A stretch of DNA of 64,000 bases from a virus. Of this stretch, positions 36,256 to 46,223 are shown in pieces (the first letter of the stretch is position 1; each line of letters starts with the position of its first letter). The DNA lies in IMG/VR virus record IMGVR_UViG_3300045119_000370, positions 53,743 to 117,742 of that record, one strand, 5' to 3'. Position numbers and translations under genes: made by a program. The notes beneath the pieces are model-generated. The model saw only the letters and a program-made list of their open reading frames with translations. It searched no databases and had not been told where the DNA came from.

Positions 36256-37247
36256 CCGTGATCGTTACGGCCGACCTACACTGGAATGACAATCCGCGCG
36301 ACGCCTACCGGCATCAGTATGTCGAGTGGCTGGAAGGGTGCCTGAAGAAGCACAAGGCGGAAGCACTGTTCATTCTCGGTGATCTCACCGACGCCAAGGA
36401 CGAGCACCGCAGTTGGTTGGTCAATCAGGTGGTCGCGCATTTAACCAGATGGGCGCGCCTTTGCCCGGTCATCATCATCCGGGGCAACCATGATTTTCTC
36501 AGCCCGGACTGGCCGTTTTTCGGCTTCGTCGACAAGCTGCACAACGTCCATTGGGTCAATTGGCCAATGAACTACGATGAGATCGCGCTCAAGATGGAAT
36601 TGAGCATCGGTCGCTTCGTCATGCTGCCACACACCAGCGACTACAAGAAGGAGTGGGCCGAGTTCGATTTTGGTAAGTATGAGTGGGTGTTCACGCACAA
36701 CACGTTCACCGGTTCCGACTATGGTCAGGGACCGCTGGCCAAGGGCATCCCGCCCGATGTGTTCCCGGACTCGTGCGTGGTCCTGTCCGGCGACGTGCAC
36801 ATCCCACAACACGTTAAGCCGGTGACCTATGTGGGTGCACCGTATCTCATCGACTTCGGCGACGACTACGACCCGCGTGTCATGCTGATCGGCAGGGGCA
36901 GTGTCAAATCGATCTTGGTCGACGGCCCGCAGAAGCGTCTGGTCGAGATCAAGAGCCTCGCCGATCTGAAGAAGGTCAAGCTCGCAGGCGGCGACATGGT
37001 CAAGGTGCGGCTCAACCTTGCGACAGAAGATCGCAGCAAGTGGCCCGAGATGCAGACGGCGATCAAGCAGTGGGCCGAGAAGCAGGGGCTTGTGCTATCG
37101 TCAAGCCAGCCGATGGTCGCGCGTGAGCCGGGGCTGAAACGAGTGCGTATATATGATGACAAGTTGCTGGTAAGGGATTATGTAAAGAGTCGTGGGGCCG
37201 ACGCCGCTACCGAGAAGACCGGTTTACGTTTGATGGAGAAGGCATGA
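36252..37247 (+). CDS. sbcD: SbcD/Mre11/gp47-like metallophosphoesterase nuclease
   Basis: ADLH, LGDL, GNHD, SGDVH, YVGAP. Confidence 0.85.
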   Translation: MTVIVTADLHWNDNPRDAYRHQYVEWLEGCLKKHKAEALFILGDLTDAKDEHRSWLVNQVVAHLTRWARLCPVIIIRGNHDFLSPDWPFFGFVDKLHNVHWVNWPMNYDEIALKMELSIGRFVMLPHTSDYKKEWAEFDFGKYEWVFTHNTFTGSDYGQGPLAKGIPPDVFPDSCVVLSGDVHIPQHVKPVTYVGAPYLIDFGDDYDPRVMLIGRGSVKSILVDGPQKRLVEIKSLADLKKVKLAGGDMVKVRLNLATEDRSKWPEMQTAIKQWAEKQGLVLSSSQPMVAREPGLKRVRIYDDKLLVRDYVKSRGADAATEKTGLRLMEKA

Positions 37248-37250
37248 GCC

Positions 37251-37601
37251 ATGACGTACAAACCCAAACCAGACGACTCCATCATCGACTATCCGGGCAT
37301 AGGAAAATTCATGGAGGGGTTAGCCGACATGCTCGAAGATATGCTCAGAATTACGGGCAAGAGCGATAAGAAATTGGTTTGGCTCATTGCTCAGGCGCGT
37401 CAGGAGGCGGCCGATCTGCCCGCTCATATCAAGCGAGTGCACGAGATTCGCTTCCAAAGGAAAATGACCGGCGATCCAGAAATCACCATGGAAGAGGTAT
37501 GCGGCGAGGTGTTGACCGAAAAAACACTGACCGAGTTATGTGAGGCGCTTACGGAGCGTTTGAACGCGATGGTGAGGGAAAGCAAACTGGAGAAGGCATG
37601 A
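37251..37601 (+). CDS. Hypothetical protein
   Basis: 116 aa, between the two nuclease subunit genes. Confidence 0.55.
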   Translation: MTYKPKPDDSIIDYPGIGKFMEGLADMLEDMLRITGKSDKKLVWLIAQARQEAADLPAHIKRVHEIRFQRKMTGDPEITMEEVCGEVLTEKTLTELCEALTERLNAMVRESKLEKA

Positions 37602-37888
37602 GTGACGGGGCAGGGGATGATAGCAAGAGCCAATTTCGCAAATCTATTGAAACTGCCATCAACTCTCATTCGATGGAGAACGGCAGCGACACACCGGATT
37701 ACATTCTGGCCGAATATCTGGTCGGTTGTTTGGAGGCGTTCGACCGGGCAGTGACCAAGCGCACTGCATGGTATGACAAGGACGAGACGGACTTGCGTCG
37801 GATAGAGGAGGTGGCGGGTCGAATGCGAATGCCTCCTCCTACTTTCGTGGACCGGAACAAGTTGTCTGAGAACGACGACTCCGAATGA
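37598..37888 (+). CDS. Phage hypothetical protein
   Basis: IN.HSMENGSDTPDYILAEYL..CL. Confidence 0.65.
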   Translation: MSDGAGDDSKSQFRKSIETAINSHSMENGSDTPDYILAEYLVGCLEAFDRAVTKRTAWYDKDETDLRRIEEVAGRMRMPPPTFVDRNKLSENDDSE

Positions 37889-39744
37889 AGCTGTCGTTCC
37901 TCCATATATTCGTCGACGACTTCAAGAGTTTCGCCGGCAAGCACCAGCTGCCGTTCGACGCCTTTCGGCCGGGCTTGCACTTCGTTGGCGGCAACAACAA
38001 GGTCGAGCCACGGCTCGGTGCCAACGGTGCCGGCAAGAGTGCACTGATGGTCGACGCGATTACGTGGTGCCTGTTCGGCCGCACGCCGAGTGCGCTACGT
38101 AACCCCGACATCAAGCCATGGCAGAAGGGTGGCAAGACCAGTGTGGCGCTGCTCGTCGACATCGACGGCGAGCGCATGACGTTCATGCGCACGGCATCGC
38201 CTAACGCGTTCACGGTCGATGGCAAGGCGGCTTCCGACGAAGCGTTCGCGGAGTTGACCGGCCTCAACTATGACCTGTTCTGCAACACCATCGTGCTCGG
38301 TCAGGGTCAGCCGCTGTTCTTCGACCTGCCACCGCGTGGCAAGATGCAGCTGTTCGTCGACGTGCTGCAACTCGACAAGTGGGACGCCCGCTCGGAGTCC
38401 GCCAACACCCGGGTCCGTGAGATCGAGCGCGAGCACGCACAAGCCGATGGTGAACTGATGGGGCTGGCCGGGCAGCGCCGGCAGACCGACGACCTCTTGA
38501 AGACCGCGACCATGCAGGCGGCCGAGTGGGACGCGCTCCAGAAGAAGTGGCTGGTCGAGGCCGAGACTGGTCTCGTCGAGGCGACCAAGCGTCACGCCAG
38601 TGTCAAGGCCAAGGCGGATAAGGCCGACCTCGCCGCCGAAAGCGCCGGCCTCGATCTGAAGCACCTTCGCGAGGAGATCGACAAACACAATCTGGTCATC
38701 GCCAACACCCGCGCCGAGATGGCCAAGCTGCAAGAGCGACGGCGCGGTCTGGACGCGGCCGCCAGCCAACTGGAAAAGGAACTGACTGCGTTCGGTGACA
38801 CTGACACCTGTCCGATCTGTGGCGAGACGATTCGTGAGGGTTCGAAGATCGACAAGCACAAACGGGAAATGAGGAAGCGCATCGACAAAATCGACGACGA
38901 CATCGACGCCATCGATCTGGCCCCGTTCGAGAAGAAGATTGCCACTGCGCATACCGCCAAGGAGAAGCTGCGCGCCGATCTGGAAAAGCGCGAGCAGCGT
39001 ATGCATGCCGCCGAGGCCGAGCAGAAGCTGTACGCGCCGATGGTTGCCGCCGAGGCCGCCCGTATCACCACCTGCGAGCGCGACATCGCCCGCTTGACGC
39101 GGGAGACCAACCCACATCAGGAGCAGGTCAGCAAGCTGACCCGCGAGCGCACCAAGCTGATCGACCGCGACAAGGAACTGCGCGAGGAGTTGGAGCTTCT
39201 CGCCCGCGCCATCGAGCGCAACAAGTTCTGGGTGAAGGGCTTCAAGGACATCCGGCTCTTGGTAATCGAGGAGGTGTTGCAGGAACTCGAACTGACGTGT
39301 AACGCCATGCTCGCCGAGGTCGGCCTCGTCGATTGGCGGATCAGCTACGCCATCGAGCGCGAGACCAAGGCCGGGACCACCTCGCGCGGACTTAATGTCA
39401 GCATCCTTTCCCCGAAGTCACGCGATGCGGTAAAATGGGAATCGTGGTCGGGGGGCGAAGGTCAGCGCCTGCGAATGGTTGGTGCATTGGCACTGTCCGA
39501 GGTGCTCCTCGACCATGCCGGCATCCAGCCCGACTTCGAAGTCCTTGACGAGCCGACCCGACATCTGTCGGCGGAAGGCGTGCGTGACCTGTGTGATTTT
39601 CTGGCAGTGCGCGCAGAGCAGTTAGAACGGCGCACGATGTACATCGACCATATGGCAGTTGAAAGTGCGCAGTTCGCCTCGACTACAACAATTGAAAAAG
39701 ATGCTGACGGATCGCATATTCTCCGCACGGCCCGGTCAGCCTAG
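37885..39744 (+). CDS. sbcC: SbcC/Rad50/gp46-like ABC ATPase
   Basis: GANGAGKS, Q-loop LGQG, CPIC hook, SGGEGQR, VLDEP, IDH. Confidence 0.9.
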   Translation: MKLSFLHIFVDDFKSFAGKHQLPFDAFRPGLHFVGGNNKVEPRLGANGAGKSALMVDAITWCLFGRTPSALRNPDIKPWQKGGKTSVALLVDIDGERMTFMRTASPNAFTVDGKAASDEAFAELTGLNYDLFCNTIVLGQGQPLFFDLPPRGKMQLFVDVLQLDKWDARSESANTRVREIEREHAQADGELMGLAGQRRQTDDLLKTATMQAAEWDALQKKWLVEAETGLVEATKRHASVKAKADKADLAAESAGLDLKHLREEIDKHNLVIANTRAEMAKLQERRRGLDAAASQLEKELTAFGDTDTCPICGETIREGSKIDKHKREMRKRIDKIDDDIDAIDLAPFEKKIATAHTAKEKLRADLEKREQRMHAAEAEQKLYAPMVAAEAARITTCERDIARLTRETNPHQEQVSKLTRERTKLIDRDKELREELELLARAIERNKFWVKGFKDIRLLVIEEVLQELELTCNAMLAEVGLVDWRISYAIERETKAGTTSRGLNVSILSPKSRDAVKWESWSGGEGQRLRMVGALALSEVLLDHAGIQPDFEVLDEPTRHLSAEGVRDLCDFLAVRAEQLERRTMYIDHMAVESAQFASTTTIEKDADGSHILRTARSA

Positions 39745-39973
39745 TTGGTTCGCCACCTTTGCGGCGACCGCGATAGCGGTGACACTTGGCCTTGTTATCT
39801 GGGCGTTGATTCAGACGTATGTCGGGGATCGCGGCGTCCCGATCCCGCGACCACGACCAGATCACGTGTCGTCGATCCAGCCGTTGAAACTGAGAGTCAA
39901 GACGATCCCGATTGGTCCCGACCCGTTGGCCGAGCCTGATCCGCTCAAGCCGTTTAGTGGGGGTAAGCCATGA
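39701..39973 (+). CDS. Small membrane protein
   Basis: One hydrophobic segment; ATGA overlap with the methyltransferase. Confidence 0.45.
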   Translation: MLTDRIFSARPGQPSWFATFAATAIAVTLGLVIWALIQTYVGDRGVPIPRPRPDHVSSIQPLKLRVKTIPIGPDPLAEPDPLKPFSGGKP

Positions 39974-41133
39974 GCACAGTCACGATCCACCATGGCGATT
40001 GCCACAAGGTGCTGGCCCGGCTCGCCGACAACAGCGTGCACTGTGTGGTCACCAGCCCGCCTTACTACGGCGTCCGCGATTATCAGGTGACGCCGAGCAC
40101 GTGGTCGGACGGTTGGACCGGTGCACTTGGTCTCGAACCGACTATCGAGATGTACGTCGACCACATGGTGCAGGTCTTCCGCGAGGTCCGCCGCGTCCTC
40201 AGAAAGGACGGCACACTGTGGCTCAACATGGGCGACGGTTACGTCAGTGCACCGCCCGGCAACAAGGGCAAGTACAATCCCGAGACCGACCGGGACGGGG
40301 CTTATAGCCGGCGTGGCAATCGCCAGCTGGGCCACGGCGAGGACATGGACGCGATCTACATCAAGAGCAAGCAGTCAGGTCTCAAGCAAAAAGACCTGAT
40401 CGGCATGCCATGGCGCTTAGCCCTCGCCTTGCAGAAAGACGGCTGGTACCTCAGACAGGACATCGTCTGGCAGAAGCCCAACCCGCTGCCCGAGAGCGCC
40501 ACCGACCGGTGCACCCGGGCGCACGAGTATCTGTTCATGCTGTCGAAGGCGTCGCGCTACTACTACGACGCCGAGGCCATCGCCGAGCCAGTCATGCCGA
40601 CACAGGTGGTCCGCATCACCGCCGGCAACGGCGACACCGAGCGCAGCCTGCCCAATTACGCGCGCAGCAAGCCACTGCATGGTGACGGCTTCGTCAACAC
40701 GTTTGTGCCCGAGCCACCCAAGCAGGCATACGCTTCGAACTCGCCGCGTACTGATCGCTGGGGCAGGCTGCTGCCGACAATCGAGCAGGCAAACGGTTCG
40801 CAGGCATGGGAAGGCTGGACGCGCAACAAGCGCAGTGTCTGGACGATCCCGGTGCAGCCGTTCCCCGGCTCGCACTTTGCAGTGTTCCCGCCGGCATTGG
40901 TTCGGCCCGCCATTCTTGCCGGCTGTCCACAGCGTGGCATCGTCCTCGATCCGTTCGCCGGTTCAGGTACGGTCGCCGCCGAAGCCAGCCTCTTGGATCG
41001 CGACTCGATCCTGATCGAACTCAGCCCGGAGTATGTCGACATGATCACTGGACGGCTTGCCCAGCTGGGCTTCCTCGCGCCCAAGATCGAGATGGTCAGG
41101 GGTTCAGTGCCGAGATTACGACTTGCCATTTGA
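39970..41133 (+). CDS. Orphan beta-class N4-C/N6-A DNA methyltransferase
   Basis: VTSPPYY before LDPFAGSGT; no cognate endonuclease adjacent. Confidence 0.9.
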   Translation: MSTVTIHHGDCHKVLARLADNSVHCVVTSPPYYGVRDYQVTPSTWSDGWTGALGLEPTIEMYVDHMVQVFREVRRVLRKDGTLWLNMGDGYVSAPPGNKGKYNPETDRDGAYSRRGNRQLGHGEDMDAIYIKSKQSGLKQKDLIGMPWRLALALQKDGWYLRQDIVWQKPNPLPESATDRCTRAHEYLFMLSKASRYYYDAEAIAEPVMPTQVVRITAGNGDTERSLPNYARSKPLHGDGFVNTFVPEPPKQAYASNSPRTDRWGRLLPTIEQANGSQAWEGWTRNKRSVWTIPVQPFPGSHFAVFPPALVRPAILAGCPQRGIVLDPFAGSGTVAAEASLLDRDSILIELSPEYVDMITGRLAQLGFLAPKIEMVRGSVPRLRLAI

Positions 41134-41276
41134 TCAAATCATGATACACAAACAAAGTCGCGCCAGTCCGCCGCACCGAACGAGCGCGACTGAGTGGAAG
41201 GGTGAGGCCCGACAGCGTACAGTATCGCGTAAGGGCGCGCTGTCGGCCTCGCTCTCTCCCTAAAGGACCAAGATCA

Positions 41277-41510
41277 ATGGTCGCTCCCAATAATGAAGCC
41301 AAAGCACGGGAACTGGGCGGCGAGCGGTTGGTGCGTTTCTTCGATCTGGTCCAGCAGGAGCAGCGCAAGCGGTGGAACGTCCCGCCATGGCGCGAGCAGA
41401 AGCTCATCGACGCCGATCTGGTTAACTGGAAAGACGTCAGCCGCGCACTGGAACTCTTGGAAGAGAGCACTGCCCGTTGGCCATGGCGACGACATGACCG
41501 ACCTCGCTAA
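41277..41510 (+). CDS. Hypothetical protein
   Basis: AAAGGACCAAGATCAATG leader. Confidence 0.5.
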   Translation: MVAPNNEAKARELGGERLVRFFDLVQQEQRKRWNVPPWREQKLIDADLVNWKDVSRALELLEESTARWPWRRHDRPR

Positions 41511-41694
41511 GATCAAGGACGTCACGCTGACCGTCGACCCCGACGGCGAACTCTTGGCTCACCGCACTGATTGCCCGATGGTCCAGCTGCATCGCATGCA
41601 GGGTCGTTACATTGCAACACTGTTCGGCATGGAGGTGCCGCTCAAGCCGGACACCAAAGATGTCAGGTTGCACGAATGCCTCACGAAACCATGA
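41494..41694 (+). CDS. Hypothetical protein
   Basis: 66 aa, coupled. Confidence 0.5.
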   Translation: MTDLAKIKDVTLTVDPDGELLAHRTDCPMVQLHRMQGRYIATLFGMEVPLKPDTKDVRLHECLTKP

Positions 41695-41942
41695 ACTGCC
41701 CGAAGTGTGGTACCGAGTGCATGCGTGAAGACGTCGACATCGGTGTCGGCATCCTCTACGGCCCATGGGGTTGTCCCGGTTGTGGCTGGTCGGAAGACAG
41801 CGAGTATGACCTGACCATTCAGAACCCGGTCGACGCCAAGGGCGGCGCAATCGATCAGTATGGCGGCTATCACCCACCCGGTTCGAGTATGGCCCTCGCC
41901 TACCGCTTGGCCGAGGCGCAGAAGGTGGACGAGGACAAATGA
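41691..41942 (+). CDS. Zn-ribbon protein
   Basis: CPKCG...VDIGVG...CPGCGW. Confidence 0.65.
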   Translation: MNCPKCGTECMREDVDIGVGILYGPWGCPGCGWSEDSEYDLTIQNPVDAKGGAIDQYGGYHPPGSSMALAYRLAEAQKVDEDK

Positions 41943-42376
41943 AGATCGACGAGACACTGGCGTTCTTCCGCTCAGTCATCAAGTCCGGCGAGACATGGAC
42001 AGACACGTGCGAGATCGCTTTCCGCGAGGCCCTCTCCGATGTGGAAGGATTGCGCCAGCTGCTCAAGCAGTGTCAGAACGACCGTGCACAGGACCAGCAG
42101 CGCCTGTTCAATTATGAAGGGCTGCTCAAGCCCAAGCCGATGCACACTGCCCCGCGCGACGGCACCATCATCGTCATCATCACCACGACCGGCGTGATCA
42201 GTGGCAGCTACAACAAGGGTCACGGCTGGGTCGAAAACCAAGAGGGCAAGGAGTATTGGGGACCGGAGTGGATATGCTACGATTCCGCCGTCTCACTCGA
42301 AATCGAGGAAACCCCGGAAGGCGAGTACTGCCCGGAAGCACTCGGCTGGTTGCCAATGATCGGAGACCCGGCATGA
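41939..42376 (+). CDS. Hypothetical protein with DUF551-like C-terminus
   Basis: PMHTAPRDGT.I...P..WLPM. Confidence 0.55.
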   Translation: MKIDETLAFFRSVIKSGETWTDTCEIAFREALSDVEGLRQLLKQCQNDRAQDQQRLFNYEGLLKPKPMHTAPRDGTIIVIITTTGVISGSYNKGHGWVENQEGKEYWGPEWICYDSAVSLEIEETPEGEYCPEALGWLPMIGDPA

Positions 42377-42978
42377 CCACACTCGAAGAGGCCGCGTTCG
42401 TCATCATACCCGATTGGATCACGCCGGCCGAGATCAATTCCATCCGGGTCGAGTGTGCCGGGATCGATTGGTGGATAAGCAGTCACGCCATACTGGCCTT
42501 GCGCGGCTACGACGCCAACGATCCACTCTATTCCGCCGACCCGGAAGAGATGGACCCGGAGTGGCAGGCGTTGAACCCCGACCGCATGGGAGCCACCCTC
42601 ACCGACACCAAAGCCTACGGAGCGTTCCCGGTCACTCGCACTGTCGTCGACCGCATCCCCGGCGACAAGGATCGCGTCCGCTTCATGGGGCTGAGCAAGG
42701 GCGAGAGGATCATCCCGCACACCGATCCGCTCAAGGCCGGCTTAGCCGACGGCGAACTGATCCGCTTGCACATCCCGATTGACACCAACGACACTGTCCT
42801 GTTCCACTCGGAGGACCAGACCATCCATTTCCCCGAGGCCGCCTTGTGTTACTTCGACATGCGCAAGACACACAGTGTCGAGAACGAGGGCACCTTGCGT
42901 CTGCATCTGGTGGTCGACGTCGAAGCCAACCAAGCACTGCGTGATCTCTTGACCGCGAACATCAAGGACACCCCATGA
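42373..42978 (+). CDS. Aspartyl/asparaginyl beta-hydroxylase-like 2OG-Fe(II) oxygenase
   Basis: RVRFM.L..G..I.PHTD, RLHIPIDTN, HSVEN.G..RLHLVVD. Confidence 0.8.
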   Translation: MTTLEEAAFVIIPDWITPAEINSIRVECAGIDWWISSHAILALRGYDANDPLYSADPEEMDPEWQALNPDRMGATLTDTKAYGAFPVTRTVVDRIPGDKDRVRFMGLSKGERIIPHTDPLKAGLADGELIRLHIPIDTNDTVLFHSEDQTIHFPEAALCYFDMRKTHSVENEGTLRLHLVVDVEANQALRDLLTANIKDTP

Positions 42979-43541
42979 GCTACTCGAACGCCGATCTCAA
43001 AGCCGGCCTGATCCAACCTCAGACATTGGAGAACGGCGCGGTCGTTCACCCCGGTCTCCAGATCGGCGAGATGACACTGAGAGAGCATCAGGACTATCTC
43101 AAGTGGATGAAGATGCAGCGACCACTGACCAGAGGCGAGGCCATCCTCGCCGGCCATCGCCCGAAGGAAGTCTACGAGTGGTTCGGCCCGCTCGACGTTC
43201 AACGCGATCAAGTCATCCCGCCGGCACAGAGCAGAGAGACCGTGGTGCATCTGAGCATGGCCAAGCTCGATGCATACGTGGACACGCCCAAGACAATCGA
43301 GCACCAACGTTTCATCGCCCCGCCACCGCAGCCGAATGCCGCCCCAACCCCGACCACCGTCGCCATGGAGGGCTTCCGCCAACTCAATGAGGCCGTCCCC
43401 ACCACACAGGAGCAGTTCGTCGAGAGCAAGGCGCGCGGCTATACCGGCGACGCCTGTCCCGACTGCGGCAGCTTCACCATGCTCAACAACGGCACGTGTC
43501 TGGTCTGCGACAACTGCGGCCGCACGACAGGGTGTTCATGA
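42975..43541 (+). CDS. Protein ending in a class II ribonucleotide reductase (NrdJ)-type Cys tail
   Basis: ARGYTGDACPDCGSFTMLNNGTCLVCDNCGRTTGCS; no RNR catalytic barrel. Confidence 0.7.
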   Translation: MSYSNADLKAGLIQPQTLENGAVVHPGLQIGEMTLREHQDYLKWMKMQRPLTRGEAILAGHRPKEVYEWFGPLDVQRDQVIPPAQSRETVVHLSMAKLDAYVDTPKTIEHQRFIAPPPQPNAAPTPTTVAMEGFRQLNEAVPTTQEQFVESKARGYTGDACPDCGSFTMLNNGTCLVCDNCGRTTGCS

Positions 43542-43690
43542 CCGCGCACGACGTGATGCTGATCGCTGTCGGCGCGACTATCGGCAGCTTTCTCGGCAGC
43601 ATCACTGGTCACGCCATAAGTGCGTGGTGGAAACGGTTGGCGCGTCAGCGTTTGGTGCGTCGGCGAAATAAGTATTTGACAGGCCGGTAA
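43538..43690 (+). CDS. Small membrane protein
   Basis: Hydrophobic N-terminus, basic C-terminus. Confidence 0.45.
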   Translation: MTAHDVMLIAVGATIGSFLGSITGHAISAWWKRLARQRLVRRRNKYLTGR

Positions 43691-43713
43691 GATTTAATAA
43701 ATAATCGGTGATC

Positions 43714-44205
43714 ATGGTAGAGCGCCTTCTCCTCGAACCGCCGCCGCCCAAGCGAAAACGCGGCCGCCCACCCGGTGGCAATAAGGGCCGCCCGTTTGGC
43801 GCACGCAACAAGTCGAGCAAGGCTGAGCGGCAAGCCGCCGCCAAGACCGGTGCCCTGCCCCATCAGATACTGCTCAAGATCGCGCGCATGATGCCGGGCG
43901 ACAAATACGGCGAATACGAGGTCGAGTTCGAGGACATCATCGAAGCCGCCAAGGCGGCCGCGCAGTTCTACGCCCCGAAGTTCGCCAGTATCACGATCAA
44001 GCCGGCCGACCGCCCGCCCGTCAATGTGCAACTCGATCCGCGTCCGCTGGCCAATCTCGCCCCGGACGATCTGCTCAAGATACTCGACGCCCTGATCAAG
44101 GCGAGCACGCAAGGGATCATCGACGCCGAATCCACCCCGGTGATCAATCCCGACGCCGACATCGAAGATATCGATCCTTCCCTCTACGAACGCACACTCC
44201 AGTAA
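43714..44205 (+). CDS. Putative terminase small subunit
   Basis: GRPPG..KGRP.G.RNK and AAKAAAQFYAPK; upstream of TerL. Confidence 0.55.
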   Translation: MVERLLLEPPPPKRKRGRPPGGNKGRPFGARNKSSKAERQAAAKTGALPHQILLKIARMMPGDKYGEYEVEFEDIIEAAKAAAQFYAPKFASITIKPADRPPVNVQLDPRPLANLAPDDLLKILDALIKASTQGIIDAESTPVINPDADIEDIDPSLYERTLQ

Positions 44206-44248
44206 ACGGCTAATTCCGGGGCGGGGGCGCTAACCGGAGAATAGTGAT

Positions 44249-44773
44249 ATGCCGTATTTGTACGCCACCGCATTCGCGTTGTTCGTACTGAGCACCCCGG
44301 CACATGCCGGCGACATCAACTACTGCCGGCCTTACGCCGCGCAGTTAACTCAGACGTTCATAAACTATGTGTGGAAGCGGGCCTACACTGCCTGCCTCAA
44401 TGTCGAGGGTGAAGACCCGATCCCACCGAATAACTGGTTGACCGCTTGGAACATCGTCGCACCGGAATCCGATCTGAAAACGGTCGCGCTCACGTCGAAG
44501 ACTTCGCTCGACATCAGTAAGATCGGCAACGTGCCGGCGTCCGACGCACCCAAGGGTAAGAAGGTCAAGACCGATCCGGTCGAGGTGGCGGCAATTGATC
44601 CCGCACCTGATCCGGTAGACCCACCACCGACCAAATCCAAGAAGCGCGTCAGGACGGCGTTAGCCGATCCGACGCCGCAATCATCCGGTGGCGCGCCACA
44701 AGCACTGTGCACCAGTCATAAAATGCGCACAGTTTACACTGCTAATGGCAAAAGTTGGAACTGCCGTAAATGA
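44249..44773 (+). CDS. Exported protein with signal peptide
   Basis: LFVLSTPAHA-G signal; paired Cys. Confidence 0.6.
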   Translation: MPYLYATAFALFVLSTPAHAGDINYCRPYAAQLTQTFINYVWKRAYTACLNVEGEDPIPPNNWLTAWNIVAPESDLKTVALTSKTSLDISKIGNVPASDAPKGKKVKTDPVEVAAIDPAPDPVDPPPTKSKKRVRTALADPTPQSSGGAPQALCTSHKMRTVYTANGKSWNCRK

Positions 44774-44852
44774 TCAGAGAACTGTTCGCTGCGGTGTGTC
44801 TGATCGCACTGGTTTACGGTCTCTACAAACTCTTTGATATGGTGCCGGCCCA

Positions 44853-45119
44853 ATGAGCGATAGCGAAGTAACCGTCAGAGACGTGCAGCATCAGGGCTTG
44901 TCTCTGGCAGCGGTCGGCCTCGACGAGGGCGAACTCGCCGACGCGGTCAAGCGGACATTGCTCATCAACTACGCGGCACAGTTTCTGTGCCGCCACTACG
45001 GCCCCAAGGACGGTTGCCATTGTCGCGGCAACGAGGCACACTGTCATGCTCACATATTGTGGGAGGACGAGGCCCGTGTCGTGGTCACGGGTTTCGAGCG
45101 GATCGGAGCGATCAAATGA
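44853..45119 (+). CDS. Hypothetical Cys/His-rich protein
   Basis: 88 aa. Confidence 0.5.
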   Translation: MSDSEVTVRDVQHQGLSLAAVGLDEGELADAVKRTLLINYAAQFLCRHYGPKDGCHCRGNEAHCHAHILWEDEARVVVTGFERIGAIK

Positions 45120-45273
45120 GCGATAGGATCAAGGACGCAGTTAAACAGATCAACCGCGAGATCGATCTCCAGACAGGTCCACCGTCCATGTCTCAGAATG
45201 AAGCGTTGGAGATACTGGAGCAGGTTGCCTCTGACGTCGAGGCGAAGATCGACGCACTGAAAGATGAAATGAA

Positions 45274-45501
45274 ATGAAAAAGAAGAAGCTCAAGCGTCAG
45301 GCAGAGGCGTTGTCGCGTACTATGGGTATCAGTATTGAAGCCGCCCGTGAGTTAGTACTCTCGATCAGGAATCCGACACCGGACGGATTCGTGGAGTGGA
45401 GCCTGCCGCTCACTGAAGAGATCATTGCGGCACTGGACCGGAGCAAGAATCCAGACGAGCCTATAAGCTCAGCAAGAAGCACGGCACCGAGACGTGGCTG
45501 A
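45274..45501 (+). CDS. Hypothetical protein
   Basis: Shares R.(M/L)..SI..ARE motif with the next ORF. Confidence 0.45.
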   Translation: MKKKKLKRQAEALSRTMGISIEAARELVLSIRNPTPDGFVEWSLPLTEEIIAALDRSKNPDEPISSARSTAPRRG

Positions 45502-45515
45502 GCGCAAGAGTGGCG

Positions 45516-45887
45516 ATGAGCCGTAAGGAGATCAAACGGCGCTGGCGTGATCGGCATCCCGAGAACGGTCGCGAATATAGTAGGCGCTGGCGTGCCGAGC
45601 ATCCTGATTACTGGAAGGCGTGGGCCAAGGCGTATCGCCAAGCCAATCCCGGCATCATGGCCGAGAAGGCGCGCCGCTACCGTGCCACTCACCGTGAAGC
45701 GATCAAGGTGGCACGAGTGTTGGAGGTCAGTATAATGGAAGCCCGCGAGATGCTGAAGGCACTGGGGGAGCGCAATGGACCACGAGATACCGTTCACCAG
45801 CGAGGAGTGGTGGAAGCTCAAGCTGAAGACGCGCGAGCGCTGGTGGAAGGAGACCGACTACAGCAAGCGCCCACAGGACGCCAGTGA
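45516..45887 (+). CDS. Basic repeat protein
   Basis: Repeated RR(W/Y)R..(H/N)P units. Confidence 0.5.
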   Translation: MSRKEIKRRWRDRHPENGREYSRRWRAEHPDYWKAWAKAYRQANPGIMAEKARRYRATHREAIKVARVLEVSIMEAREMLKALGERNGPRDTVHQRGVVEAQAEDARALVEGDRLQQAPTGRQ

Positions 45888-45942
45888 GGAACTCCTGACT
45901 GAGATCAGGGAGCAGCTGTGCGCGACTACCTCGTTACACTGA
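45775..45942 (+). CDS. Small hypothetical protein (55 aa, MDHEIPFTSEEWW...)
   Basis: Translated by hand; GGGGAG RBS; overlaps previous ORF. Confidence 0.4.
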   Translation: MDHEIPFTSEEWWKLKLKTRERWWKETDYSKRPQDASEELLTEIREQLCATTSLH

Positions 45943-46172
45943 CCAACTTTAGACGTGGTCGGCGTGTGCAGAACGGCACCGCCGACTGGCACCGCCTCAA
46001 GCGTATCCTTGAAGCGGTGCGCAAGCGTCACGGTTGGAAAACGACGCTGTCCGAGACTGGACACTTCCCACTGGTCGTGCGCACGCATCGTGGTGGTCCG
46101 GTCGTCTTGAAGATCGAAGACGGCAAACTGATCGAGCAGGCTAAGCAGCTGGCCGAAGTGTTCGGGCCGTAA
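45918..46172 (+). CDS. Hypothetical protein
   Basis: AGGGAG RBS, GTG start. Confidence 0.45.
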   Translation: MRDYLVTLTNFRRGRRVQNGTADWHRLKRILEAVRKRHGWKTTLSETGHFPLVVRTHRGGPVVLKIEDGKLIEQAKQLAEVFGP

Positions 46173-46223
46173 CTTAAACCCGGTCAAGTTGCGTGTGCCG
46201 TGGATAGCTGGTAGCCACGCCAC

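Noticed and set aside
39970-41133. Restriction-modification system
   Set aside because: No endonuclease adjacent; orphan methyltransferases are common in phages.
45516-45887. HNH homing endonuclease
   Set aside because: Basic repeats resemble HNH N-termini, but no HNH or Cys motif follows.
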